Position numbers and translations under genes: made by a program. Below, piece after piece: positions 1 through 11,596 of a stretch of 27,760 bases of DNA; positions within the stretch are counted from its first letter, which is position 1; every line of letters begins with the position of its first letter. Below the pieces are notes generated by a model, which did not search any database, had not been told where the DNA came from, and saw nothing but the letters and a program-made list of their open reading frames with translations. Origin of the DNA: Proteromonas lacertae. Lineage: Eukaryota. The stretch is from positions 62,001 to 89,760 of the forward strand of contig NGBS01000611.1 of the NCBI GenBank assembly GCA_002245135.1, read 5' to 3'.

Positions 1-468
1 GCTGGAATTCTATCACCTAATGATAAAGATATAATATCTCCTGGAACTAATTCTCTTGCTTCCATTCGATAGGTTTGTCCGTTACGAATTACATGACACA
101 TTGGTGGTACTAAGTCATTGAGAGCTTCTAATGACTTCTCTGAACGGTATTCCTGAATGAAACCAACAGTAACCACAATTACTACAGCACCAAATATACT
201 AATAGCATCTTCATACTCTCCAACTACAGCACTGATTAAAGCTGAAGCCATTAACAACATAATCATAGGATCTTTGAACTGGGAAATAAACTTATGAAAC
301 AGAGTTTCATGGTCGGATGTGTCAAATTCATTGTAACCTACAGAATATCTTCTAGAATCAATTTCATGTTCCTTTAAGCCGTTCACTAAATCTGTGTGTT
401 CTAATTTCCTTCAACTGTCCAATAGTAAGAGTTGCTGCTTCTACAGTTGTAACAACCTTACCAGACAT
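1..468 (-). CDS. PMR1: Secretory-pathway Ca2+/Mn2+ P-type ATPase (PMR1/ATP2C1 family), 5' part; continues beyond the window start
   Basis: Minus-strand translation reads LEHTDLVNGLKEHEIDSRRYSVGYNEF...FISQFKDPMIMLLMASALIS...EDAISIFGAVVIVVTVGFIQEYRSEKSLEALNDLVPPMCHVIRNG...ARELVPGDIISLSLGDRIP, the typical type II P-ATPase N-terminus, TM1-2 and A-domain start. ATG at 468. The frame changes near 400-410 (an indel, or a 61-nt GTAAGG..TTAG intron). Confidence 0.9.
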
Positions 469-810
469 CGTTCTTTCTTAAACTAAATCAAAAAAATTAA
501 AAACAAAAATTTGGATAGGACCAAGCTTTTGTTTGACAGTTTTTGAAGAAAAGAAAGTTCTTTTTTAGAAAAGAGATGTAATTATTCTGAATTAATATTT
601 TAAAAGAAGATAATATATTTTCAAGCATAATAAGAGATTTTATATTTTGACTATAAAATTAAATCATAATGCCTTTTGATAGAATTGACAATAATACCAA
701 AAATATCAATAACATATATTTCTGACTTGATTGTAATATATTTAACCATCAATAAAACATAAAGTGTATTAAGGTGTATTATTTTTAATATCAGTTTTAT
801 CAAAATTCTC

Positions 811-1538
811 ATGTCAGAAGAAGATAAAAAGTACTTTGTTATTTTATTTTGCATAGAAACGTACCAAAAGTTACTGTGGATGAAAAAGAAGAGGATGATG
901 GCAAGAAGTAGGAATGATTTTTCTATTGCAATAGGCGTTTACCAAAATTTCATTTTACCAATGGAGATAAAAAGGAACATGTAGTTGTTAAAAGTGGAGA
1001 AGAAGCAAAAGACGGTGATGAAGATTCTGACTCTTCAGAATCCATTGATGGTATTTTCAATAAATTAATTCATCCATAGAAGATGAAGAATTGCAGAAAT
1101 ATGATAATATAATGTTAATGGCTGATCAATGTCGAAAGAGTGTATACTGTTAATCATATAATGCATTAAATAGGGTAAAGAAGCAGAAGCATTATTATTA
1201 TGTGACAAAGCAACAGAAATAAGAGAAGAATTAGAAAATGTTCCATTAAAATTGAGAAGAAGGAAGTATTTATACGCTTTATAATTTTATTAATGTGCAG
1301 ATTACAGAATCTAGCTGAAGCTGAAGCTGAAGTGAAGAAAGGAGTTAAATTGGGTAAAGTTGTGAAAGATGTATATGAATATAGCATTTCTATTAATCTT
1401 AGAATTGGGAGAATTATATTACAGATAATGCAGAAATGATTTGTTTGATAATTATGTCAATTGGACTTGTATTTATTCTTCTTTATTACATTTGAATAGA
1501 TAGTTGCATTCTTTGTGATACTCTATATTGTGACATAA
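811..1538 (+). CDS. Hypothetical 171-aa protein with acidic N-terminus and C-terminal transmembrane helix (tail-anchored), 8 exons
   Basis: Removing GT-AG introns 831-856, 908-934, 1051-1079, 1142-1173, 1266-1300, 1371-1402 and 1469-1499 gives one open frame MSEEDKKNVPKVTVDEKEEDDGKKRLPKF...NWENYITDNAEMICLIIMSIGLIVAFFVILYIVT-stop (TAA 1536-1538). Confidence 0.85.
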
Positions 1539-1663
1539 ATTATGTAGTTATAACTATATTGTTTTTATCATTTTTTCATTCCAATAACATATTTTATTAT
1601 TTTTTAATTGTTGGTTTATGAAAATTCTTTTCAAATACCTATTTTTGTTTTATTTGTTTTTTT

Positions 1664-4600
1664 ATGGCATCAAGCATTCCTGGCGTTTTTTATGTTATTG
1701 ATTTTAATAATACTCTTATAAACAAGGTTATATGGAAGAAAATATTACCAATTGAAATAATTGATATTTATAAAGAGAAGAATAAATCATTAACTTATCA
1801 GACATTACCCAGAATTGAAGATTTATCAATCAAATTACGTGAATTGTGTATATTAGCATCATTTTATTTATTAGCTTCACAAAACAAGCATCATCTTCTA
1901 AAAGTACTAGAAACAGTTACATATAGCAGAAGTGGAAGTGAAGCAATGTGTAAAGGTGATTTGGCAATAGATATGCAAGGCACATCACTAATAGGTTATT
2001 ACTGTGACTGTAAGGATAGTTCTTTTTGTAGTCATTGGAAAAAGTATCTACAAGACCATGTAAATTCTGCAGAAATGTTAATGTTTCGTCCATATATAAG
2101 AGGAGATGATAATCTAATTCTCTTTAACAACTTATCAAATAACTTATTAACTTCAGTAGGTACCTTATCAAGAAGTGTCTTTAGTTATATTGGGAAATAT
2201 AAGAATGCAACCTCTCAAAATAAAGGAAATAGTGTTTTTGATTACTTTTTATATAGAAATATAATTTCATTTAATCGTTATGTAGAATGTAGTTATATGA
2301 ATAATAATTTAAATACTTCTAATACTGTTAATACCACTGCAATTGCTGCTGATACTACTACTACTACTACTAATAATAATAATAATAAAGTTTCAATAAT
2401 AGAGAAATCATTTTTTTCTTTTTTAAATTTACCACAATACAGATTTCTAAATGCTCCTAGAATTATATCCTCACCATTATTACAATATTATCATTTTTTG
2501 CCTTCATGTCTAGGTAAAAATGTTCCAGGAATTATTATTAATGATTGTAATGGTATTAATAGACAATTAGAAGCTTTATTAAGAGTTATATACTCAGTTA
2601 AAAAAAGGTATAAATAATTATATTATTCGTTATATATATATATATAGTAAACAAAATAGGCATATTTGGGTTAGTTTTTCACATGAAGGATGGAATGATA
2701 TTAAACAATATATAATTAATAATAAAACAATCAAGATAATAGAAGTGGAAGAATTAATAGATAATGATAGGAATAAATGTAGAATAGATGATGATATTCC
2801 AACATTATTGCATATACAGTATTATGATTTAATAAAGACATTTAATAATTCTAAAAATTATATAAAATGCTTATTTGATTTAATACTTGAATATTCAAAT
2901 TATAAGAAAAATAGAGGAATGATTATATTTGATGAATGGGAAGAAGCTTGTAAAGCATTTACATCAGTCAAAAATGAGTTAAATATGGTATGATTATATA
3001 TAATATTATATTTGTTATTCCATAGATTGGCAGATTAGTAATTCAAATGCAAGTAGCATTATCATATTATAGTGTTGTTTATATTTCATCTGATTTAAAT
3101 ATTTCATATAATTTATTGCTCTGTATGATAAAACTCAACTTATGGGATAATCGTAAAGATAATAGTTCTAATAATCATGCTCATAACTGTAGTATATATG
3201 TGGATCAATTGAAAACCTATTATAGTGGAAGATTAATATCAATGATTGATATTAAGAATCAAGGATTACTAATAAGTAGAGAGTTATCATTATCAAATAC
3301 TAACTTCAATATTATTAGATGTAAATCTGATCATACAATGAACAATAGATTTGTATGTCAATGGTATATCTTATTAAAGAGTATTAATGAATTTTATATG
3401 TTATTGAAGAAAATGAATGCATTGAATGAAAACAATGCTAATATGATTATAAGAGAGTTTTGGAGTAGATATGATGAGTTTTTTCATTTGTTAAATATTG
3501 CTTATAAATTAAATGATGTTGAAAAATGTTTAGAAACAAATCAATATTATAATAAATATAATAGAATCATGGTTGAATATTTCACATCAGATTTTGTATC
3601 TAATATTATTATATATGTTTAAATGAATAGGAAATTAATTGTCTTTCATCTTTTCCTGGATTTCATCAATTAATGTCTGAAGTATATGATCTAATAATCA
3701 AAATAATTCCATTTCCATATAGAACTTTAGTTGAAAAAGTACAACAACTGTATGATTTTATATATAATAATAATTATTATTATTTATATATTTTATAGTC
3801 ATTCACTAAAGAATCTTCTCAGTTGTGAAGTTTGTAGAATAAATTTTAGCAAAACTGATAAATACATTCTATGCTGTCAATGCTGTGCTTCAGCAATACA
3901 CACTGATTGTTATATTAATCACTATAATATAAAGAATGGTAGTGTTTACATCTGTACACCTTGTACAAATCCATATACACAATTACATCTATTGCATCAA
4001 AAACTGTTAAAGGATAAACAAAATTTAGTATTATATAAATATCCTGATAATCCAATTCAATTATTGATTTCTATTTTGAAGAAGTATGAAAAGAATCCAG
4101 TAATATTAATCAATCCCAAAGAATATAGAGAAGAAGATATTAATCAATTTAAAGATGGAGAAAAACAAGTATGTATTAATAATGGTTATAAATATGCTTT
4201 ATTAGATTATTCTATTCAATAATATATCAATATATGGTCATTCTTTGTCATCACCTTCTATATCACAATATCCTAAATGTCATATATTATTGGATTTATC
4301 CTGGAATGTAGATTTTATGAAAAAGCAATTGTGTATTATATAATATATGATAGTATTTATTTTATATAGCATATTCATTTAATGAGAATAATAAAAGTTT
4401 TACAGATTATCTATTTTTTACTACTGATCAATATAGTGACGATTGCAAAACACCAAATGTATAATAATAACAATAAAAATAATTGCTATTATTATTATTA
4501 TAGTTATATATTGAATTGAAAGAGTTGGGAAGTAAACCAATTAATACTGGAGTTAAATATAATGCAGAAAAAATGTTTAATAATATTCCACTATTAACAT

Positions 4601-6426
4601 CTACAATGACTAGATTAAAGAATATGTTTAAAACAAAAGTATTTCCAAACAGTTTGTTAGTGTATTTCACAAATATATTTGTATGTTATTATTTTAGACA
4701 GAACAGAACAATAAGCCCAGAATTTATTACAAATATAGAAGATATGCATATTTTATATTATTCTGATTTTGGTAGTAAATCTTCAATTGATCATTTCTTT
4801 AATAGAGTGAAACTATTAAATGATCATGAACAAATGCTTATTATTGACTTATTGAGGAGAGTATTGAATTTATTATAATTTTTATATTCTTTTAGTTATA
4901 CAAAGAAAATGAAGTTAATCAAATGAATAAAATTAGAATAATGTCTGGTGTTGAAGATATTGAGATTCATGAAACAGTTGATGTAAAGTATCGTGAATTA
5001 ATATTAACAGATTCGTATTTCTTGACTGAAATAGTAATCAATAACACAACAACATGGAAAGATTTGATGGAAATACAACAGCTATATACTGGAAGGTATT
5101 AATATATATTTTCATATATTTTCATATAGTTTTTATGCTGATAAAAGTATTGATCTTCATTTAAAATCTGCTATTCCCAGTAACAATACTACTCATATTA
5201 CATCAGTATGTTATATTCTAGAAATAGATAAGAAGAATAATGACCAAATATTTCCACATTTATTGTACCCAGGTGATGAGAAGCTATATTATTTTTTCTC
5301 TCCCTATACACCAAAATATTCTCCCAAAATTATTACTGCTGAGGATCTTAATAGTAGATATTCTATATGTTCCAGCGAAAGAGCAGAACAAATATGGAAA
5401 AATGAACTTAGAAAAGAATCTGATGACAATAAAGAAGAGATATTATGTGGTCATGATAATTATTGTAGTTTATCTGATAAATGTACGTTAGGAAAAAGAA
5501 AAAGAAAATTATTTATTATTCATGGAAAATCATATTTGAAATTATTAAAAGAATTTACTACATCCATTGATGATGATGATATTTGCTTTTTTGTTAGAAT
5601 CAATTTAATTGATAGTGATAATAACAATAATTGCATATTTGGTTTGTGTATTCCTGAAGCTTTGAGTAGTATAATTAATATAGTATAATTATTATATATA
5701 GAAATGCTTATTGATAAATATACTTCTATACCAAGAAATAGTTATGCAGATTATCAGAATTATTGTTATACTATTAATCAACCAATTGAGTATAGCAATA
5801 AAGAAATTAATTCAAGTATATATGAAATAAATGAATTATTAAAGGAGATTTTGATTGTTAATAATAAGAGATTATCAGATCAACAGAAGGAATTACAGAT
5901 ACAACATCAACAAAGGAATTCAATGCAATTACACAAACAGTTAGATAAACAGTGTGAGACAATACAACAACAACAAAATGAACAATTAAATAGAAATAAT
6001 CAACAATTACCTCTTTTATATCCAATAAGTAATACTTATCCTAATATTTCTCCAAATAATCTTGTCTCTCTATCTGATAAACTATATAGTTCAGTACCAT
6101 TTATTCTTTGTAGAAAACCATCACAATCCCCTGTAATATCTCCTAAAGACACTATTTCAAAGTCACCAATTTATTCAGGTGAAAAGAAGATGGTATATAC
6201 AACATTTTCAACTAGAATTAAAAGAAAGTATAAAATGGATATAGGTTTAATACCATCTTCAATTGATAATAAAAAGAGGAAAATAATGAATGACAGTTTC
6301 TGTGAAATGATTTATTATGAGAAGCAAAATAAACAATTAAATAATGACAATGTTTGTTCAAAATGTAAAACAGTGTTAAGAAAAGAAGCAAAATTTTGTG
6401 ATAATTGTGGAGAAAGAATTAATTAA
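1664..6426 (+). CDS. Large multi-exon protein (~1450 aa): SWIM-like CxC..CxH, PHD/RING-like finger, possible degenerate SNF2-type ATPase lobes, Q-rich region, C-terminal zinc ribbon
   Basis: Introns 2608-2647, 2988-3025, 3596-3630, 3750-3798, 4169-4205, 4333-4369, 4459-4503, (4662-4697, in-frame, probable), 4861-4895, 5096-5129 and 5666-5701 join the track ORFs at 1664, 2745, 3047, 3731, 4516, 5263 and 5704 into one frame. Motifs: CDCKDSSFCSH; CEVC..CCQCCASAIHTDC..CTPC; CSKC..AKFCDNCGERI. Confidence 0.8.
2354..2386 (+). repeat. Coding compound microsatellite (ACT)6(AAT)5 encoding poly-Thr/poly-Asn
   Basis: actactactactactact followed by aataataataataat, read directly; translates TTTTTTNNNNN. 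Confidence 0.9.
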
Positions 6427-6478
6427 AATTAAATAAGGTGTTATTTACTTGTTTTTCCCCCCTCTCAATTGTCATTCT

Positions 6479-7375
6479 TTATTTTTCTTTGTTTTCCATC
6501 ATCATATTCTTCTTACTAGCAGCTACAGCAGCATCCATTATTATTCCTTTCAATCCTTTACTTTCAAGTATATGAACTCCTTCAATTGTTGTACCTCCTG
6601 GTGAGCAAACATTATTCTCTATTTCACAGGGATGTTTTCCACTCTCTAATACTAATTTACCACTACCTACCATGGCCTGACAAGCTAATTTCAAGGATAT
6701 TGGTCTTGGTAATCCCATTTCTACTCCACTATTCGCTAATGCATCTATTATCATCATTAAAAAAGCAGGAGAAGAACCACATACTCCTACTGTTGCTGTG
6801 ATTAGATGTTCAGGTATTTTGTCGATTGTTCCTATTGTTTTCATTATTTTTTCCACCAATTTATTATCCTCTTCAGTACAATATTTACCAGGACTATATA
6901 CACTTGCACTTTCTAATACCAAACAAGCTAAATTTGGCATAACTCTAACTATGTGAGCTTCATAATCGAATACCTATATTTGAATAATAATAATTAGATA
7001 CAGCTTGCATTTGGTCTAATTTAACACCAGCAGCTACGGAGATTATTAATCCACTGTATTTTTCTTCTTTCAATTCCTTTAATACATCCAATACGCAGTG
7101 TGGCTGATTTGTATTATACTATAAAAAAATACTTTCACAGCGACAACTACAACATTACATTTCTTAGTGAATTCTTTATGATGTACATATGAATTGACTC
7201 CATGAGTGTCTCTTAAATATGCTCTTTTTTCTTCATTATGATCACTAACATGCACATTGTTTGGTAAATAACAATTAGATTTCACTATACCACCAATTAG
7301 AGCTATGTTGGGAATTAAATACATTTAATGAATACCATTTGCCATTTGTCCACCTCCAATAAATCCTATAGACAT
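6479..7375 (-). CDS. proC: Pyrroline-5-carboxylate reductase (268 aa, 4 exons)
   Basis: Introns 7303-7335, 7104-7132 and 6974-7001. Spliced protein: MSIGFIGGGQMANALIGG (Rossmann GxGxMA)...VVVVAVKPH...ISVAAGV...IVRVMPN...GSSPAF...CSPGGTTIEG, the hallmark P5CR motifs. Confidence 0.96.
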
Positions 7376-7519
7376 GTTGTAATTTAAAAAATAAAATCCA
7401 AACAAGTTTGAGAAATAAAAATTGCTTTTATAACAAATTATAACAAATAATATGTATATTAATGATATTCACTTAAATTAAGTACTATAATTATCAAATT
7501 TAAGAACACATAAAAAAAG

Positions 7520-10108
7520 ATGTCTAAATCAGTAGAGATGACAAATATTGATGATGTTCATATTGATATCAAGCAAGACAAGTGGAATACATTAGATAAT
7601 ATCCTTAAGAATGGATTTCTTGAATATCATGAAGCATTAAAGAAGATCACACCTGAACTTCCAGCTATGGATTTAATCATGAGTCAGGCTATTATATCAA
7701 TGTAAGTCCAAATGATAAGCATAATGATTCGTGAACTTAATTCAGACATTGGGTGATATTGGGAAACTAGTCGCATGCCAAACGAAGATGCAAAAAAAGA
7801 TGATATTGAACAACCTTAATTTGACCTTTCCAGCTGGATCTACTACAATTGTATTTACTCTACTTTTAATAATTCTTATATAGGTTTTAGGTGGTCCAGG
7901 ATGTGGCACAACTACACTTTTACAAGCTCTTGCTAATCAAATACCTAAAAGCAAAACTAGTGGTGATATTGTCTATGGTGGTAAGAGTATTGATAAATAC
8001 GAATGGACAAGAGTTGCAGTGGTATGTGAACAATTAGATTATCACAATGCTCCACTAACAGTGAAAGAAACCTTCAATTTCAGTAAAGCTTGTCAATTAG
8101 GAACAAATAACTTCTACAAAGGTTTAAATCTTGATGATAACTATATTGTATATTTTTATTATAATTATTAACAATTAATAGAAACATTTAGAATTGAAGA
8201 GTGATTTAGTGATTAATTCGTTAGGATTAAAGATATGTGAGAATACTATTGTAGGTGACCAATCTCTTCGTGGTGTAAGTGGTGGTGAAAGAAGAAGAGT
8301 GACATTGGGAGAAGCATTGCTTGGTCCACAAAGAATACTGTTATTAGATAAATTTAGTACTGGTTTAGATAGTGCAGTAACTATCGTATATAGTCAAGAA
8401 TGTTAAGTGATTAGGCTAAAACATTCAATGGAATTGTGATAGCTGCAATGTTACAACCAGATCTAGATGTTATTTATTCATATGATCAATTATTGTTGTT
8501 AGATAAAGGATGTAATATCTATTTTGGTCCACCAAAGGAAGGTATTGATTATTTTGATAAATTGGGTTATAAAAGACCAAAAGAGAAAGATGAAGGAAGT
8601 TTCTTATCTGAAATAGCAACAGAAAGATATAGACATCATTGTGATGCAAACAATAAGTATGAAAAAGTAGAAGAATTGAAAAAGTATTATGAAGGAATCA
8701 GATTATAACAAAGTATATTCTATTTATATTTACTATTTGCTATTATTTGTTATAGAAAGTACTTGAAACAATAAAATGTAAACTTCATTTTCAAATGGAA
8801 TTGTATAACAGTCCATATGCATGTAGATTATACAAAAGTGAATATTCATTATCTCAATTTGAAATGTTTATGTTTACATTTATTAGACAAGCCAAATTGT
8901 TTTTAGAGATAAAATATTCTTATTTGGTAGATTAGCTCAATGTCTTACTATGATTGTAATAATTTGTTATTAGAAAGAGGTGGTAATATGATTTATTTAG
9001 ATCCATCAGGTGAAGATGGTATAGAAATTGTATCTTATTTAGAGAATCATCCATCACATCCTAAATTACCTGATAATACTAATCCAGCTAGTTGGATGTT
9101 AGAAGTAACTGGTGGAGGTATAAACAACAATAAACCATTAGAAATGTTTCCATATTATGAAAGCAGCGATTTAAAAAGAAAAATGATGAAATTTTGCAAA
9201 ACATGTTGAATAAAAAAGGAAATGAATTACACAAATTAAATAGATATATGACAAGTTTTGCCAATCAAATTAGTTGTTGTATGGGAAGAGTAGGAAGATT
9301 TTATTGGAGATCTGCTGAATTTATATATCCTAGATTATTGATTAGTCTAATACTTGGTATTATTCTAGGAGCAATCTATTATCAAACTGAAGTAAAAGAT
9401 GAAGCAGGAATTCAAGCAATTATGGCTACAGTTTTCATTTCTAGATTCTTTGTTGGTATGTTTTCATGTTTATTAACCATTATTCTGATTATACAAGAAA
9501 GACTTGGAATATAGAGAGATGTTGATAATAACTTAGTTAATCCAACAGCATATATGATTAGCTACTCATTGTATGAATTACCAGTAACATTAATATGCTC
9601 GTATATATATATTATGTTTTTATATGTCAATTTTGTAGACTTATCTATTACAACATTTGTATATCCAATGGTTGGTTATGCTGCTTATACAGATGCAGTA
9701 TTTAATTACATTATTGGTGTATGGTTGTGTTTACTCTTCACTTCATACCTTGGACAAATATTTGCTTTTGTTATGCCTTCTTTGCAAGTTGCTTTATTAG
9801 TTGGAGTTGGAATAATTGCTATAATGTGTATGTTGTCAGGTTTTTTAATGTCGAAGAATGATTTGTATTATTTCTTTAAACTGATATATTGGATTGATCC
9901 ACTTCAATATTTATTCAATAGCTTATTCAGTTCTCAATTATATTGTAGAGAAGCAACTTGTCCAGATATTATTTTAGCAGCAAGTCCATTACCAATTCCA
10001 TTGAATCTTTTGTTGAAAGATCAATTTAGTTTATTATATGATATGAGATGGTATTTCTTAATAGTCTTTGTAGGATGTTGTTTTATTTTCAGATATGTTT
10101 ATGATTAA
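7520..10108 (+). pseudogene. PDR/ABCG-type ABC transporter, probably a pseudogene (stops, frameshifts, degenerate Walker motifs, internal deletion)
   Basis: NBD1 motifs: LGGPGCGTTTLL (Walker A, K>T), LTVKETF, VGDQSLRGVSGGERRRVTLGE (signature), LLLDKFSTGLDS (Walker B, E>K), AMLQP. Then the NBD2 tail (ERGGNMIY..NPASWMLEV) and TMD2 (YWRS..PRL..; YWIDPLQY). In-frame TAG at 8412-8414 and 9512-9514, frameshifts near 7680-7735, 8380-8400, ~8905 and ~9180. Introns 7851-7883 and 8148-8181. Confidence 0.85.
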
Positions 10109-10137
10109 TAAAATTCAATACTAAAAAATACCAAAAT

Positions 10138-10197
10138 CACAAACATAATATTAAATGTCAATACATAATAAAGACTTTTATCTAATTTATACAAACA
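10138..10197 (-). terminator. Candidate polyadenylation signals downstream of pelota (TGTTTGTA, TGTTTGTG)
   Basis: Minus-strand TGTTTGTA at 10190-10197 and TGTTTGTG at 10138-10145, about 30 and 85 nt past the stop codon. Confidence 0.4.
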
Positions 10198-10228
10198 TAC
10201 AGAAATAATAAAACCTAATTTCATTCTA

Positions 10229-11506
10229 TTATTCTTCATCATCATCACTATCATCAGAATAAATATCACTCATTGGAAATCTAAGAATAGCTGCAACTCC
10301 AGTAATCTATTATAAAATGTAATAAAAATATATCAAATCATACTTGATCTAACTGTTCTCCTGATGAATGTTGACTTGAAAATATACAAACATTACCATT
10401 ACTTTCTTTTACAGATTCTACAAGATCAACATACTTTTTCCTCTCCTTTATATCAGGATTTCGAAATAATGTATCAGTAATCAACAAAGTATCAATTGCT
10501 TTGCTTTCATCAGCTCTATTCACCTGATTATAACCATAAAATGCTCTATTTGGATCAGTATCAATCATCCTGAAGAATTGTTGCAGTAATTGAACATCTT
10601 TTACTGCCTTTAAATCACCAATGTTTTTCAATACCGTTTCGTTTTGTAATATTTCTTGAATTGCACCTTTATGACCATTTGTTACATGTATTTTCATAAA
10701 TTTATTTTTATTACTTTGTATTGTTTTATTATCAGTTCTTAAAGCTTCTGTAAAGATATAATCATATACTTCATCTTTTAGTATTGCTGCACTTGCTAAT
10801 ATTATTACTTTAATGACATTAAAATCAATATGATTTAATATTGCAGTGTATATTGCATTATAAAATCGATTAATACTTTTCTCATATTGAGTTGTACCTG
10901 TTCCACCTCTTTTGTGTGGTATATTTTGTTCTATTTTGGCTTTTTCTCTTGTCATATGACCACTTACTAAACATAAATGAGCTTTTCCTACATCCATTAC
11001 TATTATTGCTAAATCTGCAGATTTGAAATATCACATGCTAATTCTAACCTTTCTAAATATACTACATCCCAGCAGTTCTTTTCTAATGTTAGTTTTTCGT
11101 TTAGACCTAAATTTACTGTGTGATATGCTCCTAACTATTTATAATGTAGTACAAACTAATCATACTTTAATAAACTCATTTTCTTTCACATTTCTACCTT
11201 TTATTCTCAACTCTGATGATAGTGAATCTAATTCATAACTTTCAACCTATCCATAATTAACATCTTTATGAACATACTTGCATTTGTATAAATATAGTTT
11301 TCTTCTGAGTACTAGAATTGGTTTCTGTTTCTTTTGTCACTTTTCTAACTGTTTTTGTTGATAGTTTATCATCTTTCGATATTAGATTGTAACTAAAAAT
11401 AGAATCGCTTTATATACATATGCCACAAATCTTCTGGTTCTTCTGCTATCAAGGTGACATCTCCAAAACCATTTTTAGCTGCAATATTCTTCTTTATTAG
11501 CTTCAT
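10229..11506 (-). CDS. PELO: Pelota/Dom34 ribosome-rescue factor (~384 aa, 5 exons; 1-nt frameshift at ~11022-11024)
   Basis: Introns 11393-11417, 11247-11277, 11135-11165 and 10307-10343. Protein: MKLIKKNI..GDVTLIAEEPEDLWHIYNLI..TVRKV..LRIKGRNVKENEFIKLGAYHT..WD..RLELACD..ADLAIIVMDVG..RAFYG..AIDTLLITDTLFR..FSSQHSSGEQLDQITGVAAILRFPM. Adding one A to the run restores a full-length protein. Confidence 0.95.
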
Positions 11507-11596
11507 TGAAAAAATGAATGAAGAATGGGGTTTGATCAAATCGTGATTATTCAAAATAAATTTGAATAATCTTTTCTTCTAACAAGGATATTCAAC
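11507..11596. promoter_or_regulatory. 90-bp divergent (bidirectional) intergenic region with two palindromic elements
   Basis: Head-to-head ATGs at 11506(-) and 11597(+). Perfect palindrome TTTGATCAAA at 11531-11540. Inverted repeat GATTATTCAAA-ataaa-TTTGAATAATC at 11545-11571. Confidence 0.55.

Noticed and set aside
651..1387. Minus-strand ORFs 651-854 and 1166-1387
   Set aside because: Low-complexity AT-rich ORFs; the region is explained by intergenic DNA and the spliced plus-strand gene.
6351..6358. Exact TGTTTGTT octamer as a poly(A)-created stop site
   Set aside because: It lies inside the zinc-ribbon coding sequence (N-V-C-S). Cleavage 4-5 nt upstream would not create an in-frame UAA, and a normal TAA exists at 6424-6426.
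7431..7483. TAACAAAT direct repeat and ACTTAA-A-TTAAGT palindrome in the P5CR/ABC divergent spacer
   Set aside because: Short and AT-rich, so expected by chance at this composition.
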